DNA of 64,000 nt from an uncultured delta proteobacterium. Lineage in GTDB: Bacteria; Desulfobacterota; Desulfobacteria; Desulfobacterales; QNYZ01. Under the pieces are notes generated by a model. It did no database searches. It saw nothing but the letters and a program-made list of their open reading frames with translations, and had not been told where the DNA came from. The stretch covers positions 1,248,001 to 1,312,000 of the forward strand of contig CAWJQU010000005.1 of the NCBI GenBank assembly GCA_963845145.1. Direction: 5' to 3'. This document shows, piece by piece, positions 59,634-64,000 of the stretch. The position numbers and the translations under genes were made by a program. Positions within the stretch are counted from its first letter, which is position 1; each line of letters begins with the position of its first letter.

Positions 59634-60491
59634 ATGAAAGGGCCCTTGTTGACCGCTGAGATTGCCATACTGGTACTGCTGGCCGCATTCCTTCATGCCG
59701 GATGGAATGCCCTGGTAAAGACAGCTTCAGACCGATTGTTTGTTATATCGGCAGTGGCCTTCACCCAATGTCTGGCCGGGTTGCTGGTGATTCCATTTGT
59801 AACGGCACCCGACGCTGCAAGCTGGCCGGCCATTGCCTGGTCGACCCTGTTTCACTATCTATATTACACCTTTCTATACCAGGCCTATCGATTTGGTGAC
59901 TTAAGTCAGGTCTATCCTCTGGCCCGGGGATTTGCGCCGGTTCTGGTGGCGATGGGTGCGGCGATATTCAGTGGTGAGGTTCTCTCCCTTCCCGCGATTA
60001 TCGGCGTAGTGGTGACCTCCATCGGTATTGCCAGTATCGCCATCTTCCAAAAATCATCGCTCAAACAAAACCCCGCGGCGCTTTTTTATGCCATGGGCAC
60101 CGGTGTGATTATCGCCGGGTATACCGTGTCCGATGGTGTTGGTGTGCGGTTGTCGGGCAGCCCTTTCGGCTACATCGCCTGGTTGTTTTTTTTGGAGTTC
60201 CCGGTGGTGCTCTTTGTGCTGTATCGTCGTCGGGGGGGAATGGTCGTTTTGTTTCAACAGGAGTGGAAACTATTTACCGGAACCGGGCTTTGCTCGGTGA
60301 TCGCTTACGGTATCGTCATTTTTGCGGTCAATTTCGCCCCCATGGCCGCGGTATCAGCTTTGCGGGAATCGAGCGTTATTATGGCGGCTTTGATCGGGAC
60401 CTTATTTCTGGGCGAACGGCCCTGGCTGCAACGTGTGGCTGCGGCCATCGTTGTGGCAGGTGGGGTGGCGATGATTACTGGAGGTGGATGA
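59634..60491 (+). CDS. EamA/DMT family transporter
   Basis: HAGWNALVK, GDLSQVYPLARG, SALRESSV. Confidence 0.92.
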   Translation: MKGPLLTAEIAILVLLAAFLHAGWNALVKTASDRLFVISAVAFTQCLAGLLVIPFVTAPDAASWPAIAWSTLFHYLYYTFLYQAYRFGDLSQVYPLARGFAPVLVAMGAAIFSGEVLSLPAIIGVVVTSIGIASIAIFQKSSLKQNPAALFYAMGTGVIIAGYTVSDGVGVRLSGSPFGYIAWLFFLEFPVVLFVLYRRRGGMVVLFQQEWKLFTGTGLCSVIAYGIVIFAVNFAPMAAVSALRESSVIMAALIGTLFLGERPWLQRVAAAIVVAGGVAMITGGG

Positions 60492-61410
60492 AATGTTAAT
60501 CCAACCCGATTGCGTTGACTGCATCTTTCGGATGGCTCTTGGGGCGATTCGGAAACTCGATTTGGAAAAGGCGCAGGAGGAAGAACTGTTTGGGCAGATT
60601 TTGGATCTCGACTTATTCAACCAACACACCCGGGATCGCACAAGCCCCGAAACCATTGAGCAGATCATGATAGTCATATCGTCTTACGTCAACAACCCGG
60701 ACCCGTTTTACCAAGAAAAAAGACAATTAAACGAGACCGTAATGGGTCTTTATGCTCCTTTCGAAAAACGTATTGACCAGGCTCCGGATCCGCTTTACAT
60801 GGCCGTCAAGCTGGCGATCATCGGTAACACCATCGACTTTATGTTGCCTAAAGGCACCGAAGATATCGAAAACGATATCAATGAGCGATTAAAAGTAGAA
60901 GTGTCTGAAAAAGCGTACGCCAATTTACGTCAAGCGCTTCTTAGTGCGCAACGGATTGTCTACTTTACCGACAATGCCGGTGAAATTGTTTTGGATAAAC
61001 TATTGGTGAATACCTTACGGCAGTTTTGCGATCCGGATATCGTTTTCGTCGTAAGAAATATGCCGACCTTAAACGATGCCACCCTGAATGAGGCCAAACA
61101 AGTCGGGTTGGAAAGTGCGGCGCCGGTATTGGCAAACGGCATTGACGGCCCGCTGCCGGGCACCATTTTAGAGCGCTGCTCATCCAAGGTGAGGGATCTG
61201 GTGGAAACGGCCGACCTTATTATCTCCAAGGGCGGCGGAAACTTTGACTGTTTGAGTGAAGAAGTACCGCATCTGAACACGGATATCAGTTTTCTTTTGC
61301 TTTCCAAATGCCATCCATACAATACTTATTTTAAAGCAGATTTATACCAACCCATTGTTGCCCACTTCAAGGCTGACATGAACAGTATGCGATATAGAGG
61401 GAAATCATGA
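60484..61410 (+). CDS. DUF89/ARMT1-like damage-control phosphatase
   Basis: CVDC, DPF, GNTIDF, DNAGEIVLD, SKGGGNF. Confidence 0.9.
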   Translation: MDEMLIQPDCVDCIFRMALGAIRKLDLEKAQEEELFGQILDLDLFNQHTRDRTSPETIEQIMIVISSYVNNPDPFYQEKRQLNETVMGLYAPFEKRIDQAPDPLYMAVKLAIIGNTIDFMLPKGTEDIENDINERLKVEVSEKAYANLRQALLSAQRIVYFTDNAGEIVLDKLLVNTLRQFCDPDIVFVVRNMPTLNDATLNEAKQVGLESAAPVLANGIDGPLPGTILERCSSKVRDLVETADLIISKGGGNFDCLSEEVPHLNTDISFLLLSKCHPYNTYFKADLYQPIVAHFKADMNSMRYRGKS

Positions 61411-61874
61411 AAATAACCGTCGAACCCATTGGCATCATTCACACGCCCTTTAGTCAAAAAGAGGAGTGCCCCATTCAAGGGGTATATGCCAATAACACGC
61501 CCGGTACCATCGAAGTCTTCAACCAACATGCCGCAGGGCTAAAGGATATTGAAGGGTTTTCCCACATTTATCTTTTTTATCATTTTGACCGCGCCGGCGA
61601 GATCAAATACGTGCGACCCACTTTTTTGGACGAAACGCCCCACGGTATTTATGCGTCGCGGCATCCGTGCCGCCCTAACGGGATCGGCATGTCCATCGTT
61701 AAGCTGATCAAAAGAGATGACAATCGGCTCGAGGTCGAAGGGATCGATGTATTGAACCAAACCCCGCTGTTGGATATCAAGCCGTACATTCCCAAATTTG
61801 ATGTTTTTGACTCGGCTACGGAAGGATGGGCAGCTGATAAAGCGTTCCGTTCTAAACCGGCAGGGCGGGAATAG
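61407..61874 (+). CDS. tsaA: tRNA m6t6A37 methyltransferase TrmO/TsaA
   Basis: PIGIIHTPF, RHPCRPNGIG, TPLLDIKPY. Confidence 0.93.
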   Translation: MKITVEPIGIIHTPFSQKEECPIQGVYANNTPGTIEVFNQHAAGLKDIEGFSHIYLFYHFDRAGEIKYVRPTFLDETPHGIYASRHPCRPNGIGMSIVKLIKRDDNRLEVEGIDVLNQTPLLDIKPYIPKFDVFDSATEGWAADKAFRSKPAGRE

Positions 61875-61953
61875 TTGAGAGCCTTCATCTTGTATGTGGC
61901 TCATCTTCCGAGTGTCTCAAAAATTGAGTCATTTATTAACGGAAAGGGAAAAC

Positions 61954-62550
61954 TTGGATATTGACTATCGAATCGGAAAAAAAGGGGACTGCTCACGTAT
62001 CGCAGCGTTAATCAACATCGCCTCCGGGGGGGTCATCGAATACCTTTTTTACGGATTGGTACCCGCTCAATCGCCGGTTGAAATAATCGCCTACAATCTC
62101 GAAAGCGATGATGAACCCTATTCCTACAATAACGTCATTGTGGCCGAAGAGAACGGTCAAGTCGTGGGAATGGCCCTGTCATTCCCATCAGAATATCATC
62201 ATATTACCGAAGAGATGGCGCAGTTTTTCCCGCCGGATAGGTTATCTCACCTACAGCCTTTTTACACAGCGAATATCGAACAAAGCCTTTTTCTGGATGC
62301 CCTTTGTGTAGACGAAGCTTACCAAAAAAAAGGGGTCGGCAGCCAGCTCATCGAACGAACCAAGCAAAAGGCCCATGAAGGCGGATACCGGTTTTTAAGC
62401 CTCATTGTTTTCACCGACAACGTAAAGGCGCAAAGAGTCTATCAGAAAAATGGTTTTGAAGTCGCGGAGGAAATATCTCTGGACTCACATGAACTGATTC
62501 CGCATGAGGGGGGATGTTTGTTGATGAAGTGTGATGTGAGTAAAACGTGA
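61954..62550 (+). CDS. GNAT family N-acetyltransferase
   Basis: LCVDEAYQKKGVGSQL, N..AQRVYQKNGF; likely TTG start 61954. Confidence 0.88.
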   Translation: MDIDYRIGKKGDCSRIAALINIASGGVIEYLFYGLVPAQSPVEIIAYNLESDDEPYSYNNVIVAEENGQVVGMALSFPSEYHHITEEMAQFFPPDRLSHLQPFYTANIEQSLFLDALCVDEAYQKKGVGSQLIERTKQKAHEGGYRFLSLIVFTDNVKAQRVYQKNGFEVAEEISLDSHELIPHEGGCLLMKCDVSKT

Positions 62551-62667
62551 TCATTTTTTAAGAAAACTCAATCCACCTGTGGTGGATACGTTATAGGCGG
62601 GTATCATTATAAATGGCATTATATCGAGGTCTGGATATTAACTGGTTATATAGGATAGAATGATCTT

Positions 62668-63438
62668 ATGAAATATAGGATGTACATAGATGAAGTCGGA
62701 AATTCAGATTTAAAAAGTTCTGAAAATCCACTTCATCGGTTTTTAAGCCTAACCGGCGTGGTAATCGACTTAGGTTACATTTCTGAAGTTCTATTTCCAG
62801 ATATTGAAAATTTGAAAGTCAAATATTTTAAATCTCATCCAGACGATCCTATAATTCTTCATCGAAAAGAATTGGTTAATGCCAAATACCCATTTAAGGC
62901 CTTGAAAGATGAGAAGGTTAAACGACAGTTTGATAAAGAGCTTCTGGGATTGTTAACAAAATGGGAATATTCCGTTGTAACTGTCTGTCTCGATAAAAAG
63001 GCACATAAAGACACTTATATGGTCTGGCGATATGATCCTTATCATTATTGTCTCGCCTTGCTACTTGAGCGATACACGTTCTTTCTGGAGCAGAAACAAA
63101 AGCAAGGTGACGTAATGGCTGAATCAAGGGGCGGAAAGGAGGATAAACGCCTTAAAGCATCATTCTTGAAATTATGGCAAGAAGGTACGCAGTTTATACC
63201 CCAGGAAAGATTCCACGAAGTGTTCACCAGTAAACAGTTGAAAGTAAAGCCGAAGTCAAATAATATATCCGGTCTTCAGTTGGCTGATCTGATAGCACAT
63301 CCAAGCAGAAATGAAATTCTTTCTGAAAACAAATTGCTTGATAAACCGTTAGCCCCCTTTGCGAAAAAGATCATTGGGATTTTGCAGTCAAAATATTATC
63401 AACATCATGAGAAAATATTTGGGAAGAAGTTTATTTAG
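62668..63438 (+). CDS. DUF3800 family protein (RNase H-like fold)
   Basis: MYIDEVG, MAESRG, GLQLADLIA; AT-rich. Confidence 0.88.
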   Translation: MKYRMYIDEVGNSDLKSSENPLHRFLSLTGVVIDLGYISEVLFPDIENLKVKYFKSHPDDPIILHRKELVNAKYPFKALKDEKVKRQFDKELLGLLTKWEYSVVTVCLDKKAHKDTYMVWRYDPYHYCLALLLERYTFFLEQKQKQGDVMAESRGGKEDKRLKASFLKLWQEGTQFIPQERFHEVFTSKQLKVKPKSNNISGLQLADLIAHPSRNEILSENKLLDKPLAPFAKKIIGILQSKYYQHHEKIFGKKFI

Positions 63439-63442
63439 GTAT

Positions 63443-63504
63443 AAAAAAAGGGCCTTTCGGCCCCGATGGTAAGATACCATCCACCTCCATGAATATGGAT
63501 TGGT
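63443..63504 (-). ncRNA. Candidate DUF3800-associated small RNA 2 (~60 nt)
   Basis: UCCAU-AUUC-AUGGA, GAUGGUA-UCU-UACCAUC, GGGCC-GAAA-GGCCC + U7; near-consensus promoter upstream. Confidence 0.75.
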
Positions 63505-63508
63505 GAGA

Positions 63509-63537
63509 ACTATATGTTATATGATTGTAAATGTCAA
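63509..63537 (-). promoter_or_regulatory. sigma70 promoter for sRNA 2
   Basis: TTGACA (63537-63532)-N17-TATAGT (63514-63509). Confidence 0.8.
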
Positions 63538-63554
63538 TAGTTTATTTCTATCAT

Positions 63555-64000
63555 AGAAAACCACCCCCTTGGGGGGTGGTCAGAGTTCAACGGCTCTGCC
63601 GGTTGAACAGAGTCGGCTCATAAGTTACTTCATCTTATAGTTGTCCCCACAACTAATAGGAAAGGAGTAAAAAATGAGCCGATTCAGAAAGTTATCACAT
63701 ACAATTTGGCATTGCCAGTATCATATGGTTTGGACGCCCAAATATCGTTTGAGAATTCTCGAAGGTGCTGTCGCTACAGAAGTTACAAACGGTATAAGGA
63801 TGTTTAGCGAACAGAAAAGATTGCGAAATCGTTGAGTTAAATGTCCAGATTGACCATGTCCACTTAGTGGTTATGCATGCTGCCTAAGTTTTCGATATCT
63901 GACTATATGGGCATCGTCAAGGGACGTACGGCAATACGTGTATTCAATCAGATTTCGCAATTTAAAGATAAAAGCCCTATTGGGGTAATCATTTTTGGGC
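63555..64000 (+). mobile_element. tnpA: IS200/IS605-family element, left end plus partial frameshifted tnpA
   Basis: Hairpin ACCACCCCC-TTG-GGGGGTGGT (63560-63580); ATG 63674 MSRFRKLSHTIWHCQYHMVWTPKYR...; HUH motif DHVHL in a shifted frame; runs off the window. Confidence 0.88.

Noticed and set aside
62571..62587. ATCCACC-TGT-GGTGGAT hairpin sharing ATCCACCT with sRNA 2
   Set aside because: An 8-nt match is too short to be significant; it is more simply a REP-like or terminator hairpin after the GNAT gene.

Overview
The window looks like chromosome from a Desulfobacterales-type deltaproteobacterium (inferred from gene content). Core content: pyk; the ffh-rpsP-khpA-rimM-trmD-rplS-rnhB-yraN-rsmI cluster; rlmN; purF; and transporters. 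Accessory content: a Tat-exported DUF362/polyferredoxin/aldo-keto reductase cluster, a TetR-porin-ABC-LolA-like operon, a sigma54/ZraSR-type regulated Cus heavy-metal efflux region, Rrf2 plus qNOR, two copies of a 142-bp MITE-like element, and the start of an IS200-family element. The best candidate for an uncharacterised system is a pair of divergent, AT-rich DUF3800 (RNase H-like, YxDE...QLAD) loci at 4.1-5.4 kb and 62.7-63.5 kb. Each is followed immediately by a convergent ~60-70 nt structured RNA with its own sigma70 promoter and intrinsic terminator, and the first locus also carries a putative BECR-fold nuclease. Other notable items: an AhpD/CMD-like CxxU selenoprotein with a SECIS hairpin that the ORF track misses (59221-59496), a GDH homologue lacking its catalytic Lys/Asp, a PurF lacking Cys1, and an RSPP-ending candidate arrest peptide. 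Several single-base frameshifts may be assembly errors. All family calls come from motif recognition by eye; no database searches were run.
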